A stretch of DNA of 62,156 nt, the filler included, from Chiloscyllium plagiosum (Eukaryota): NCBI RefSeq assembly GCF_004010195.1. It is 4 parts of one record of this genome, joined end to end, with 100 filler letters (N's around TTAATTAATTAA, not from the genome) between each part and the next. Parts side by side here need not be neighbours in the genome. Positions count along the whole stretch, not along the records: positions 25,156 to 52,916 come from NC_057715.1; 3 more parts are not named here. The stretch is one strand, 5' to 3'. The notes beneath the pieces were generated by a model, which was not told the origin of the DNA, did no database searches, and was given only the letters and a program-made list of their open reading frames with translations. Below, piece after piece: positions 27,404 to 41,069 of this stretch (position 1 is the first letter of the stretch; every line of letters begins with the position of its first letter). Position numbers and translations under genes: made by a program.

Positions 27404-28105
27404 TTGTGTCAAATGCCAAGCAATGCCTAAGTGTACAAAAAGCTATGAAGGCCAGTGGCCTTCATATGTTTATTTCATATATCTACTTTTATCATGTTGA
27501 GGAATTAAATTGTTTAAACTGTAACTGTATGATTCTTTAAATTTAGATGCTTCCAGTTTTGTTTTCCCTATGGGTATGTGAGCTATAATGAAGAAATTTA
27601 GATGTCTCCCCTTTTGGACGCTATATAACTTTCTTTTTTGGAATTTCTTATATGGTGCCTGTTTAGTCTATTTAGGAATGCAGTTTTAATTATTTCCTCC
27701 ATTTGATTTAAATTGAAGATACTTCTAATGATAATGAGATATTCCACTAATTGGAGGAACACATTCCATCTAAGTAATGTGATCTCATGCCAACATTACT
27801 TCTAAAGGTTTGCCACCTGAAGACACTAATATTGGAGGGAGAGCATTGTGTTTAAAAAAAAAACACCCAAGTTGGCTGGGTGCCTATGCATGGTATGTGG
27901 AATACACCTTTATCCCTTGTTACTTTATATTAAAAAACGTTTCTCATCTTCAACTTTTGTCTAGGCTGCAGCAAACATTAAAAACTAAATTACCATCCCA
28001 AAATAGGCTATGGGTAGATTTTTATATTTGACGTTTGTTTTACAGATTTTAATGACATTGTGTGGTTGTGTAGAATGTACTGTACTGAAATAGTTGTTTT
28101 TGCAG

Positions 28106-28221
28106 GTATTCTGCTATGACTTCGGAAACAAAGAAACAGTAAGCATCAGTATGATAAGACAGCTAAAAGAAGAGTTCCGATTTGAACCTCTGGCTCTTGA
28201 ATGCTCCTTGTCGCATATTAG
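28106..28221 (+). CDS. RNF17: RNF17/TDRD4-like Tudor-domain exon (116 nt): VFCYDFGNKETVSISMIRQLKEEFRFEPLALECSLSHIR
   Basis: ttgcag| acceptor, |gtaac donor; YDFGNKE is a Tudor aromatic-cage motif and LECSL..IR follows the extended-Tudor pattern; not in the ORF track. Confidence 0.85.
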
Positions 28222-28649
28222 GTAACTTTTAAATCCTCTAGTTTGTCAATTTGGGTGAATATTAAAAGTTACATTTTTCTTTCATAACATGAATTGCATC
28301 TTCTGGGTAATAACATGTCTCAAGTGCTTAACAGGAGCATTGATTTTTGTAAAATAAAAAGCAAAATGACACCTGTCCATATCAGGAGGTATCAGATTAG
28401 ATGACCAGAAGCTTGATCAAAGAAGTAGGTCCTTATGGAGTCTCTTAAAGGAGAGCAGCAAGATGGAGCAGCAGAGAGTGTTTTTGAAGGGTGTTCCAGT
28501 TCTTAGGACCTAGACAGATGAAAGCACACCAAAGATAGTGTTTCAAATTAGGGATGCATGTGGTAGAATAGGAGTACTGCAGATACACACATGCCAGTTT
28601 GTATCAGAAGTAGACTATCTGTCAATTTGAGCCTGCTACATCATGAAAG

Positions 28650-30010
28650 AGTCATAGAGATGTACAGCACAGAAGCAGACCCTTCGATCAAACTTGACCA
28701 TGCTGACCAGATATCCTAATCTAATCTGGTCCCATTTGCCAGCATTTGAAACCTCTTAAGCCCTTCCTACTCATATATTCATCCAGATGCTTTTTAAATG
28801 CTATAATTGTGCCAGCCTCCACCACTTCCTGTGGGAGTTCATTCTATACGCCCTGTGCGTGAAAAAGTTGCCCCTAGGATCCCTTTTTATATCTTTCCCC
28901 TCTCACCCTAAACTGATGCTCTATAGTTCTGGACTCCCCCACCGCAGGGAAAGGACCTTGTCTATTTATCCTATCCATGCCCCTCATGATTTTATAAGCC
29001 TCCTATGAGGTCACCCCTCAGCCTTTAATGCTCCAGGGAAAACAGCTCCAGCCTATAGCTCGAACCCTCCAACCTTGGCAACGTCCTTGTAAATCTTTAC
29101 TGAACCTTTTCAAGTTTCACAACATCGTTGCTATAGGAGGGAGACTAGAATTGCAAGCATTATTCCAAAAGTGTCCTAACAAATGCCAGGAATGTTAAAT
29201 GTCTTCAAGGCAGAGATTGCTAAGTTCTTGATCTCACAAGGAATTAAGGGCTATGGGGAGACTGCAGGTAAGTGGAGTTGAAATGTCATGATTACATGGC
29301 GGAGTGGACTCGATGGGCCAAATGGCCTTACACCCACTCCTATGTCTTATGGTCTTATGTTCAGCTGCCAACATGAACTCCCAACTCCTATACTCAATGC
29401 TCTGAATAATAAAGGAAAGCATACCAAACACAACCTTCACTATCCTCTCTATCTGTGACTCTCCTATCAAGGAGCTGTGAACCTGCACTCCAAGGTCTCT
29501 TTGTTCAGCAACACTCCCCAGGACCTTACCATAATCTGTATAAGTCCTGCTAAGATTTGCTTTCCCAAAATGCAGCACTTCGCATTTATCTGAATTAAAC
29601 TCCATCTGCCACTCCTCAGCCCATTGGCCCATCAGATCAAGATCCTGTTGTACTCTGAGATAACCTTCTTGGTAGTCCACTACACCTCCAAGTTTGGTGT
29701 CATCTGCAAACTCACTCACTATATATCTTGTGCTTATATAAATGACGAAAGGTAGTGGACCCTGCACTGATCCTTGTGGCACTCCACTGGTCACCGGTTT
29801 CCAGTCTGAAAATCAACACTCCACGACCACCCTCTGTCTTCTACCAGTGAGTGAGTTCTGTATCCAAATGATTAGTTCTCTCTGCATTCTATGAGATCTA
29901 ACCTTGCTAACCAGTCTCCCATGAGAAACTTTGTCAAATGTCCTACTGAAGTCCATATAGCTCACGTCCACCTTCTGCACTCATCAATCCTCATTGTTAC
30001 TTCAAAAAAC
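28650..30010 (-). mobile_element. CR1-like LINE 3' portion with a nested short insertion (about 29190-29360)
   Basis: ORF 29234-29794 contains TSGVPQGSVQGP, SEFADDTKLGG and KCEVLHFGK. Confidence 0.88.
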
Positions 30011-30019
30011 TCAATCAAG

Positions 30020-30280
30020 AAATTTGAATTCAATAAAAAAAAATCTGGAATTAGAAGTCTAATGATGAGCATGAAACCATTGTCGATTTGTAGGAAAATC
30101 CAATCTGGTTCACTGATATCCTTTAGAGAAGGAAGTCTGCCATCCTTCCCTGGCCTACATGTGACTCCAGACTGACCGCAATGTGGTTAACTCTTAACTG
30201 CCCTTGGGAAGTTATGGATGAGAAATGAATGCTGGCCTAGCTAATGAGATCCATGCTGTGAATGAACGGCAAAAAAAAAT
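30020..30280 (+). mobile_element. Deu-domain SINE-like fragment
   Basis: ATCTGGTTCACTGATATCCTTTAGAGAAGGAAGTCTGCC...ACATGTGACTCCAGAC...AATGTGGTTAACTCTTAACTGCCC resembles the DeuSINE core as recalled; related copies at about 6360-6530 and 32310-32490. Confidence 0.6.
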
Positions 30281-30378
30281 TGCTACTTGTGCAAGTGGGT
30301 GTGCTATTATTCTTATTTATCTAAAGCAAGCTTGCTACAAATCATTAAGTGAAAATAATGTGGATGATTTTGTTTTAG

Positions 30379-30469
30379 ACCAGCTGGAGGGAGTTTAAAT
30401 TGGACAGCAACATCATGTGACTTTCTGGAAGAAGTTCTGATTGGACGTTCAGTACTTATCAACGTTGAG
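30379..30469 (+). CDS. RNF17: RNF17-like exon (91 nt): PAGGSLNWTATSCDFLEEVLIGRSVLINVE
   Basis: ttttag| acceptor, |gtctgt donor; completes the phase-2 Arg codon of the previous exon; resembles recalled RNF17 segment RPAGGSDKWTATACD. Confidence 0.85.
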
Positions 30470-30812
30470 GTCTGTTCATCCATAAAAATAGGCTCACAAT
30501 TAAAATTCAAATGTTTTGAAACTTGATCGATGACATTTTACCAAAAGGAAACTGGAGCATTAGTTGTTTCTCTCATACTTAAAGCACTATTGCAAATTGC
30601 ATTGATAGGTCACTATATGTGAAAGTGGTTGCTTTTACTTGTCCTGCCTCCTAAGTCTGAGATCTCCAACCTTTGGGAGATACGGACTAGCTTGTCATGA
30701 TGCAGTTAATCTGCGAGTCATGTTTGATGAAGGGTAAATCTATAGTATAGCTTTCTGTATAACTGTAAAGCAAAGTTCTTATCCTGAAAGTTATACTGCA
30801 ATTGCATCCTAA

Positions 30813-31150
30813 TTTCACAGAATCCCTATTGTGTGGAAATAGGCCATTCAGCCCAACAAGTCCATACTGACCCTCCGAAGAGTAACCCACCCATTCCCCT
30901 AGCTTATTACTCTACATTTCCTCTGACTAATGCACCTAACCTACACATCCCTGAACACTATGGGCAATTTAGCATGGCCAAATCTCACCTAACCTGCACA
31001 TCTTCGGACTGTGGGTGGAAACCAGAGGAAACACATGCAGACGTATGGAGAATGTGCAAATACCCACAGACAGTTGCCTGAGGCTGGAATCGAATCCAGC
31101 TCCCTGGCGTTTTGAGACGGCAGTGCTAACCGCTGACCCACTGTGCTGCC
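30813..31150 (-). mobile_element. tRNA-headed SINE, near full length
   Basis: Reverse complement of the 7788 and 10487 family; head GGCAGCACAGTGGGTCAGCGGTTAGCACTGCC. Partial minus copies also at about 34378-34560 and 46058-46240. Confidence 0.8.
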
Positions 31151-32123
31151 GGTGTGATTTTTCACGTTGGGTGCTATTGTGTTTCTTAGTTTGCCCCCAC
31201 CCCAAAATTCTACCTTCACTTCATGGTCTCCTTCTGTTTACTTCCTGTTCTCCCCATATTTTCATACTGCTCCTTTGTTATTTCCTTAATGTTTCACTAT
31301 GCGTCTGGGTAATGAAAGAAAGCAGCTTTAAGTGCGTTAGCAGACTAAAGATATCCAATCTTCAATGTGAAAAACTTCTGGTGCAGGAATAGCAGCAATC
31401 TTCAACGAGCTCTTTATGGGCATGTGACAATTGCTTGCTCTTGGGTGGGCTATCTACAGCTGCTATGCCCAATGAAGTTTGCTTTGGTGTGTGTGAAGTA
31501 AGCATCTTAACTGTTTGGGAATAATTTTAGCTAATCTGAGCTTTGTCACCAAGAGTGCATTTGATTTGGAGTATTTCTAAACTGCAAATATTTCTGAACT
31601 TATTTAGTTGACGTGCTTCAATTGTATCCCTGAGAGAGGATCTGACTGGAAAAAGAATATTTTTGGGAGTTGTAGTGTCTTAGTCTGCCAAAAGTGGTGA
31701 AGACAACACTGTCTGAAATTTCTGTTATAAAAACTCCCTAAAAGTAGTTAATCATCTGATAGTTGATAGGATCAAAGGGTGAAGCAGCTTATGACTGAAT
31801 TTTGTCCTGTGCATTGGACACCCAGGTATATTAGAAAAATTTTTTTTGAAAGCTGCGGTTTGTTTGGCCTTTTTGAAGTTTTTTGCTTATTCTAGTCGAG
31901 CCGGTTTAGACATTTGTGTTGACAAAAGCTGACTCCATTCCTTTTGATCCTCATGTTGGGAATCTTGCTAATGTAATATTGCTGGATAGCTAATCTTGAA
32001 CTTGCTTTAGTCTTGTCAATCTGCAAATTCTCTGAAGTTGGTTTTGTAAATAGAACCTACCACTTCAACAATTCTAAAGAACCCTTTTATTTAAACTTTG
32101 TATTCTTTTTTGCAAATCTGCAG

Positions 32124-32239
32124 GAATCGTCATCCAAATCACCTGTACCAGTGAAACTCTATGCTAAGGATGAAATTGAACAATTTGTCAACATAGCACA
32201 GTACTTGGTCAAGAAAGGTTTGGCCTTACCTCAGAAAAT
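32124..32239 (+). CDS. RNF17: RNF17-like exon (116 nt): ESSSKSPVPVKLYAKDEIEQFVNIAQYLVKKGLALPQK
   Basis: Within ORF 32013-32243; ctgcag| acceptor, |gtaact donor; matches recalled RNF17 PLPVKIF.RDE...DVSKYLIKKGLAL. Confidence 0.87.
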
Positions 32240-35200
32240 GTAACTAATTTTATTTTGAGTTAATGGTAATATTGAATTTTACCAGAATAATTCACTTTGA
32301 GCAGAAAGCATTATTGATTGTTGTAAAAACCTGTCTGGTTCACTGATGTTCTTTGGGAAGGAAATCTGCCTTCCTTGCCTGGTCTGGCGTACGTGACTCC
32401 AGATCCACAGCCCTCCGGGCAATTAAGGTTGAGCAGTAAATACTGTCCAAATGAACAATGCCCACATCCTGTGAACAAATCGAAAAACAGTTAGGGTGTA
32501 ACTTGCAAGTGATGGTGTTCCTACATACATGCTGCCCCTGCCAATTTTATTTTAGATGGTAAAGATTGCAAGAGGTACTGTTAATGTTCAATGATGATTT
32601 TGGGATTGGGGATGTTGTGATCACAGTTAGCTAATATCATAAGTAGTTGACAACTTGTACAAATTGAGTTTGTTAACCAGGTTAAATATGATACAATTAT
32701 GTACTTTATTTCTCTCGTTAATGAGAGATGTTTATTAGTTCTGAAGCTGTTTAATAGAATTGCAGAGCAGAGGTAATGGTTTTGAAGTAGTATAGTTTCT
32801 GTCCCATGTCATGCAGACTTCGGATGTTTTGAAAAAAATGTCTTTCTCCTTTCCTTGGGTTGATGGAGAGGAACACCTGATCTTCTCCCAAGAAGGTGAT
32901 GGCATTTTCTTTTGAATTTTTACTTGTCCCCCTCTTTTTCTCTCTGCTGTCGATATACCTTCTTTCTATTTTGGGAGCCAGCAGTCTATAATGGGACAAT
33001 TACCTGTCTAAACCCTCTTGGTAAAATAACTGGGGGCAGTTACTCATGCCAGGATGACTGTTGTCCTCTTACCCACCTCCATTTTTTGGTTTTGAAGGTT
33101 AGTTTCTATTCCTTCTAAAACCAAAAACCTCTTGCTTTCAAAGCATTAAATTCATAATAGAATGGTGTGGTGTAAGAGAGATGTTTTGTTCATGTAGGCT
33201 AATTACTGCTGTAACACCGTTGAATGAAGACTTACACCAGAAATACTAATTATGGAATATCAAGTGAACACTTTTAAGAGGGCCCATTTCCAACTCTACT
33301 GAGTTGTTGCAGTATATCCAGTACACTCCTGACACTGCATTGGTCATGAAGGAAGTGGATGTCAAGGGTGGTGGATGGGATGCCAATCAAGTGGCTGCTT
33401 TGTCCTGGATAGTGTCAACCTTGTTGAATGTTGTTGGAGTTGCACTTATCCAGGCAAATGAGGTGTATTCCATAATGATTCTGACATGTGCTGTGTAGAT
33501 GGTGGACTGCAATTGTGAAATCGTAAGGAGAGTTATTCACTGCAGGATTCCTAAATTCTGATCTGCTCTTATAAGTACAATATCAAGTGGCTAGTCCAAT
33601 TCACTTTCTGGTTAATGGTAACCCTCAGGATGTTCATAGTGGGGGTCTCTGATTTGAATGTCAAGGGTGAATTGAATTTTCTGTTGGTGATTGTCATTGC
33701 CTGATTGTGTTGTGACTGTCAACTGATATGTCCAGCCAAGCCTATTTGTTGTCCAGGTATTTGCATTTGGTCATGGCCATTCAGTATCTGCAGAGTTGCA
33801 AATGATACTGAACATTGTGCAGTTGTCCCCACTTCTGGTCTTGAGATTGTGGGAAGGCCATTGAAGAATCTGAAGATAGTTAGTCCTATGCACTGCCCTG
33901 GGACTCTCCTGTTGTGATGCTCTGTGACTGAGATGGTTGGCCTCTCACAACTGCAGCCATAACCATTGTTCTGTTGTGGTAGGTATGACTACTGTAGCAT
34001 GACTCGGAATCAGAAAGCTCAACGCATGAGCCCAGTTTTTTAGGGATCCTTGATGTTGCCAGTCCAGTGCTGCCTTTACGTCAAGGGCAATAATTCCTGC
34101 TCCCCTGGTAATTGGCTAGATTGAATGTATCCTGCTCTTTCAGTCACACTCTTGACTTGTGTATTGTAGATGGTAGGAAGGGTTTGGATAGTCAAGTGAG
34201 TTACAAGTTGTATTCCTAGCTGCTGATTTGCTCTTATAGCTACTTTATTTATGAGGCTAGACCAGTTCAGTTTCTGGTCAGTGGTAACTCCAGGATGTTG
34301 ATAGTAGGGGATTCAGTGATGGTAATACCATTGAATGTTGTGGGATGATGGTTAGATTGTATCTCATTGGAGTTTGATTTGATTCCCTATGGTATGGAAA
34401 CGGGCCCTTTGGCCCAATAAGTCCACACCGACTCCCTACCGAGACCCATTCCCCTATATCTACCCTGACTAATGCACCTAACACTATGGGCAATTTAACA
34501 TGGCTAATTCACCTAACCTGCACATCTTTGGATTGTGGGAGGAAACTGGAGCACCTGAAGGAATGTCATTGCTGTTGCATGACATTTATGTGGTGCGGAT
34601 GTTACTTGCCATTTGCCAGCCTAAACCTGGATATTGCCTAGGTCTTGTTGCATTTGGACCTGGAATGCCTCCGTATCTGAGTTGCAAATGGTGCTGAACA
34701 TTGTGCAGCTACTCCCTAGTTCTCGTCTTTAATGGAGGACAAGTCATTGAAGCAACTGAGAATGGTTGGGCCTAGAACACTACCTTGAGGAGCCCCTGGA
34801 GATGATTTGACTGACCTCCAATAACAGGGTGGGGCATGATTGAGCTATGAAGGGTATTGACAGAAAGAAACCTTCCCCTTGGTGGAGGGATGAGTGACTA
34901 TGATTTAAGATAAACGCAAGAGGTTTGGGGGAATGTGAGGAAAATATTTTTTCAACCCAGAAGTTGGTGAGAATCTGGAACTCGCTGCCTATAACTGTGG
35001 TAGAAGCAGAAGACCTCGCAATATTTAAGAAATAGTTAGATGTACTCTTGCAATGTCAAGACATGTAAGTCTATGGTCCGTGTGCTATAACATGGGAATA
35101 GAATAGTTAGATGATTATTTTTTGAAGTCCGGACTTGATGGTCCAAAGGGCCTTTTACTGTACTATAAATTTCTATGATTAACATCAACTATCTTCCTTT

Positions 35201-35488
35201 GTGCCAGGTTTGATTCTGATCAACAGAGTTTTTGTTCTGATATCCATGACTGTAGTTCTGTTAGAGCTTCTTGATGCTGTGCTCTTGTCAAATATGGCCT
35301 TAATGTCAAGGGCAGTCACTCTTGGCTCATCTCTGGAATTCAGTTCTTTGGTTAAAATATGAACAAATGTATTGAAAAGGTTAGAAGGGGAGCTGCCCTG
35401 TCAACCCAAATTGGGCGTCAGTGAGCTATTGCTTGGTAGCCCTGTTGGTGACTCCTCTCATTGATTTATTGATTGACAGTAGACTGAT

Positions 35489-35631
35489 AGGGTAAGAATT
35501 GGTCAGGCTGGATTTGTCCTGCTTTTTGTGTACAGAGCATATCTAGGCATTTTTCAACCAAGGGTAAGAATTGGTCAGGCTGGATTTGTTCTGCTTTTTG
35601 ACTACAGAGCATATCTAGGCACTTTTCAACC
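35489..35631. repeat. Direct tandem duplication, 72-bp unit, two copies
   Basis: AGGGTAAGAATTGGTCAGGCTGGATTTG... starts at 35489 and again at 35561 with a few substitutions. Confidence 0.9.
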
Positions 35632-37122
35632 TTGTCAGGTAGATGCTAGTGTCTAAGCTGTACTGGAACAACTTGGCTAGGTAAGTGGCAAGTTCAGGAA
35701 CACAAGTTGTCAATACTGTTGTTACAACGCACAGGTCGAACCCGTCTGTTAATTAAAACCAAACACCCAGTAAAGCTTGCCTCACCTTGGAATTTGTGAC
35801 AGAACTCCTAATTTCCACTATTTAAAGAAAAATAACAATTTATTTTTCCTAATTCTTAATAGTGAGCACTAAACAAAAACTACTCTCAAATCCAAGCCCC
35901 TTTTTTCTTAACTACTTACTATCTGACCCCAACTCTATATTAAAAAATAAATGTTGTTCCAATAACACACTTATTAAACATTGTATTAACTTAATCTCAA
36001 GTCCACACGGTCTATGTCCTCTTTGCTGTCTTCAGTCTGGGTCATTGTCTGTCTTTTTACTGCGAGTATGTTTTACATAAAAAGCTACCTTTGATAGAGA
36101 GTGTTTTCTAATTTCTTTGGGAGCAAGATGTTAAGTGGGCAGTTAGCTCTCCAACTCTATGGCAGTTGCTCAGCTGATTTGATGGCAATTCCTCTCTCTG
36201 ACCATTTTTAAAAATGCCTGTATTTTTTATACTCCAAGTATCGCACTTTGTCATTGGTTAGATATTGTTAAAATAATAAATTCAAACTTGATTGGGTTTT
36301 ATTATCATGGGCATAATTTAAACTAGTTGGTTAAATTAAATTGTTGTCAAAACAGCAACCAAGTCTCAGGTATCCATTTAACAGTCATTTGCTATATGTA
36401 TCTATTTTGGAACAGCTCATATCGCAGCCTTTGAATTCAAGCAGCTAAGCCTGCACTTTACTTTCTTCAAAATTCTCTCAAGGCAGTAAAATATGGAACT
36501 TTATTTGCCAAAATATATCCTTGCACTCAATGACTTTTTTTGTGAAGTGGCCTATTTAATCTGCAAGTGTGGTTATTAGTGCAAAAGTTAAGCTACATAT
36601 TTATAGTAATTTGAGGCTTCAACTTTTGGCTTCAGTGTACAAGGTTTTGTATGGTTAGTAAATTGTAATCAACATTCCATATGCACTTACATGCTGAAGT
36701 AATATCTATTGTTAATATTTATTGTGTTTGCGCTGTTCAGTGATTAGTCTTTTTGAATTATTTAAACTTGTAAACTTCATAAACTAGCAACCTGAATAAA
36801 CTATTGCCACCTGCTATGGATAACAACTAACTAATTGTAATTTTTGAGACATCTAAGCATGATGTCTTGAGTTTACTGCTTTTAAGAAAAATATTTTTAT
36901 TGGGAAAAAACTTCAGTAAAATAAACTACTGTTCTTCTAATCGTTTGTAAAATTATGATTTGGTATAGTTTTTACTTGTTTTGAATTTGGTTACAGTTGG
37001 ATTTAATTTTGCATGAGTTTAAAGATTAACATTGTTTTAAGTATGGAAGCTATAGCTGTTGCTTTAAAATGCATACTTTACTTTGCATTTTAGACCTGAC
37101 CGATTTGTTGTGTTCTTTTAAG

Positions 37123-37355
37123 TTCAACTACACCAGGCGTTAGAGCAAAACACGCTGATGTGAAGCAAAGTGACAAGGAGCAGTCAGCGGGCCAAGCAAC
37201 TGAAATTGGGTATCAAATACTCAACAATCATGAAAATCACCTGTCTTCCAAAAAAACATACAAACCTGCTGTCCTACCAAATGTGAATATCTTCAATGTT
37301 GAAATAACTGGTGTTGATGATAATGGAATCATCTATGGAATAGCAGTATCAATGA
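37123..37355 (+). CDS. RNF17: RNF17-like exon (233 nt): STTPGVRAKHADVKQSDK...SSKKTYKPAVLPNVNIFNVEITGVDDNGIIYGIAVSM
   Basis: ttttaag| acceptor chosen because it is in phase with the previous exon; |gtaagt donor; YKPAVLPNVNIF...VDDNGIIY resembles recalled RNF17 YKPPAIPNMNVF...VGDDGTIF. The 5' boundary is less certain than the 3'. Confidence 0.8.
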
Positions 37356-38477
37356 GTAAGTTATAGACCATCAAAGTTGTCAGTAAAAATGTTAAATCAT
37401 GCTTGCCTAAAAGAAAGCAGTGTTGGTTGCATGAACCCTCAATGATATATTTATAGCCATCACTATAATTTACGTCTTTAATCACCACAAATAAGTGTAA
37501 GAAAAATTAATCATTTTTGATTTAGTTCCATATTGTTTTCTCACTCTCCTTTTCACTTATTTATGTCTCACCTGTGTACTTGACATGATGAAAAAGATTT
37601 ATAGTTTTGGTATTTAATATATATTTCCTGTACATTTGGTATTTTTACGCTCTTTGTTTTATTTATCATGCCGTGCTCAAAAGCAAAATTTTTACACTTG
37701 TGTCTTGGTAACTTCAACATAATTTGTGTGAATAATTAATTTTACTCCTTGCTGTCCAATTCATATCTGCCTGGCTTTTCCAGGTATTGTTCCTTTTTTG
37801 ACTGACTTCATTGATTCTTGATTAAAATAGTGTCCTATTAAAAAATAATGTTTTGTAAGCTTTTTAATTCACTGATGGGATGTGGGCATCGCTGGCTGGC
37901 CAGCATTTATTGCCCATCCTTAATTGCCCTCAAAGGTTGTGGTGAGCTGCTTTGTTTGAACTACTGAAGTCAATGTGCTGTAGATGGATCTATAGTGGTG
38001 TTGGGAAGGGAGTTTCGGGATTTTGACTCAGCCACAGTGAAGCAATGGTTATACGTTTCCAGGCAGACCTGAGAGGAACTTGCAGGTGGTCATGTTCCCG
38101 GGTGTCTGCTGCCCTTGTCCTTCTGGATGAAATGGTCAGAGGTCTGGAAGATTCTGTATGAGATTTTCTGCAGTGCATCATGTAAATAGTGTACACACTC
38201 TCTTCTGAGCATTGGTGGTGGAGGGAATTGATGTTTGTAGTTATGGTGCCAGTCAAATGGCTGCTTTGTCCTGGATGATAGCAAGTTTCTCAATCCAGAT
38301 TCCATTTGCCCAGCCAGCAAGTACAATATCTGGATAATTTGTTATTGCTCTCAGAGACTGAAGAATAATACTCAAATCTCCTAAGTTGCTGCAACAGTTG
38401 TGGGTTAGGGGATGAAGGTTAACCTTAAAGGCTTAGAGGTTTTTTTTGGGAGAAGATTTGTAGCCCACGTTATGGAT

Positions 38478-38700
38478 CAGGTTGTAAATTTGCTCGCTGA
38501 GCTGGTAGATTTGTTCTCCGATGTTTCGTCACCATGCTGGGTAACATCATTGAGCCTCTGGTGAAGCACTGGTGTACTATCCCGCTTGCTATTTATCTGT
38601 CTGATTTTGTTGTGGTGGTTGATATCATTTCCGGTTCCCTTTCTGAGAGGTTGGTAAACGGGGTCCAAATCTACATGTTTGTTAATGGAGTTCTGATTAA
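38478..38700 (-). mobile_element. Penelope-like element 3' end (same family as 42395-42892)
   Basis: Minus strand encodes ...DLDPVYQPLR..., then GCTTCACCAGAGGCTCAATGATGTTACC-CAGCAT-GGTGACGAAAC. Confidence 0.7.
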
Positions 38701-39550
38701 TGGAGCATCCTTTTCCTCCACTACATCAATGACTGTGCATCGGCACCGCCTGTTACTCCTTCAAGGAGGTTGAACGGTTTGTCAACTTCACCAACACCTT
38801 CCACCCTAATTTCAAATTCACCTGGACCATCTTCCATACCTCCCTCCCCTTCCTGGACCTCTCCATCTCTGGTGACTGACTCAACACAGACATCTATTTC
38901 AAACTCACTAACCAACACCTACCTTGACTACATCTCTTCCCATTTGGCAGAGACTTTTTTGCACTTCCACCCATCTCATCTACTGCATCCATTGCTTTCG
39001 ATATGGCTGCTAGTCAGGGAGACAGATGCCAAATCACGGAGCATTTCAGGGAATACCTCTGGAACACAGATACTAAACAACCCTACCACTCTGTGGTCGA
39101 CCTCTTCCACTCTCCCAAGGGCATGCAAGTCCTGGACTGCCACCACTGCCAAATCAAATCCACCCGTTAACTGGGGGAAGAAACCTTGGGACCCTTCAAC
39201 CACACGGCATTAACATTAACTTCACTAGGTTCCAAATCTACCCTCCTCCCACCTCATCCCATATCCAACTCTCCAACTCAGCATACTCTCTTGACCTGTC
39301 CTACCTGTCTGTCTTCCTTCTTACCAATCTACTCCTTCTTCCCCACCAACCTATCACAATTACCTACACTTGCATCCACCTATTGCCTTCCCATCTACCT
39401 TCGCCCTTCCCCTTCCATATTCCTGATGAAGGGCTTATGCCCGAAACATTAACTCTCCCTCTCCTTAATGCTTCCTGACCTGCTATGCTTTTCCAGTGCC
39501 AGCCCTTTTGACTCTCAATCTCCAGCATCTGCAATCCTCACTTTCTCCCA
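38700..39550 (+). mobile_element. Decayed Penelope-like element (RT and GIY-YIG remnants plus terminal repeat)
   Basis: Remnants such as FVNFTNTFHPNFKFTWT...LPFLDLSI and GETD...RSISG; pyrimidine-rich UTR; terminal CTGATGA-A-GGGC-TTAT-GCCC-GAAAC at 39423-39447. Confidence 0.75.
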
Positions 39551-41069
39551 CCTCGCCTAATTCCACTTTACATCATTTGGTCTGTAGCCCTGTAGGTGAC
39601 TGTACCTCTGAATATTTTTAAAAATGTGATGGGATTTTTCTGTTCTAACACCCTTCTAGTTCATGAGTTACAGCCCATCATGCACTAATTTTCACTCCCA
39701 GCATCTCTAACTCTTCTGGAATACTTCTGTCATTTATTTTACCTTCATGCCCTGGTTAATGATTTCTGCTAAGTGAAATGGATGTTTCCTGTTAACTCTC
39801 TTAACCTAATAATTTATGCATTAAACATAAATCACTTACCAGCCTCCTCTGGTCCAAAGAAATCAAACCAAGCTATGCAGTATTTCTTTGTAGCTAAAGC
39901 TCTAAATCCCTGGCAATATCTTCATAAGTCTCCTTTGTATTCTCTCTACCATGATGATATCTTTCCTTTTAATGTGGTGACAAGAACTATATATGGTGTT
40001 CAGGTCTAATTAGTGTTTTTTTTCACAATTCTGGCATAATCTGTATGCTATTATATCCGAAGCTTCTCTAATAGAAGAATATGTCTGCTTGGCTTAACCA
40101 ACTCATCAATTTATATTGATACCAAACAGGTATCTATGAACTTTCACTCCAAGGTCCTTTTTACCTTTTGGATACTGAAAATAATAGGTAATTTGTTGAC
40201 TGTGCCCTTATCTCATTTGCCCTCCCCAAATGCATTTGCTCAAACTTTACAGAATTTTGAAAACTTAGAGAACAAAGAGACCATTCAGTCAATTATGATC
40301 CATGCCTACTATCTGTACCTGTGACTCAGCGCATCCCACTCTTCCACCATCTCTCTAAATTTTTTCCTGTAAGATGTTATCAAATTATTTTCTGAAAGTT
40401 ATATTTGAATCTGCCACTGCTATATTCTTGGGCAGTGTGTTTCAGATGCTTAATGCTCACTGTAATTTTTAAAAGTTCATTTTACGTCTGATTCTTTTAC
40501 TAAACACTCTAAGTCAATGTCCTCTAGTTCTTAACACTACTGACGATGAGAAACATTTATTGTAATCTATTCTATCCAAATCAAAGTCCTTTTTGAATAT
40601 CTCTGTATTAAACCTCTCAACAGCCAAACATTCAGTCTCCATTTGAATGAATGAATGATTTTATTTTCGCATTTATTTTACAGTGAGAAAAACAGTGAAC
40701 AGCTTTTCCACTGTTGCCATGATCCAGCCAAAGCTGGAGGAGTGCATTATTGCTTTTGTCTCAGTACTCTATTGGTCTCAACATCAAATAAAAATGTTTT
40801 CCCAGTTATGTTGGTCAATTCAATACCTTATCAATAACAAAATACTAGCTTTCTTAGTAAACACATTTGAAACAAAATTTATTCAGTGAAGGAGCAATAG
40901 TTGTTAACACACATCCAGTATTTATAAAGATATAAATGCTTATCCCTCTAAATATCTCTAATCCATGCAAACACATACGCATGCACTCAACAGGAAAGTC
41001 AACAAAACCCTTTCTGTGTTACAAACTAAGGAAAGATGATTTAGTCTCCATCACAACATAGAAAAGCTC

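Noticed and set aside
23337..28105. Bidirectional promoter shared by RDX and RNF17
   Set aside because: Both genes lack their 5' exons here and the interval contains an artificial join.
35720..36490. Possible LTR beginning TGTTACAAC
   Set aside because: It has a plausible left terminus interrupting a LINE remnant, but I could not find a matching right terminus or target duplication.
40684..40889. Candidate next RNF17 exon after tttattttacag (in phase, open 68 codons)
   Set aside because: The translation lacks the expected Tudor motifs and shows no convincing similarity to RNF17 as recalled; it cannot be supported without RNA-seq.
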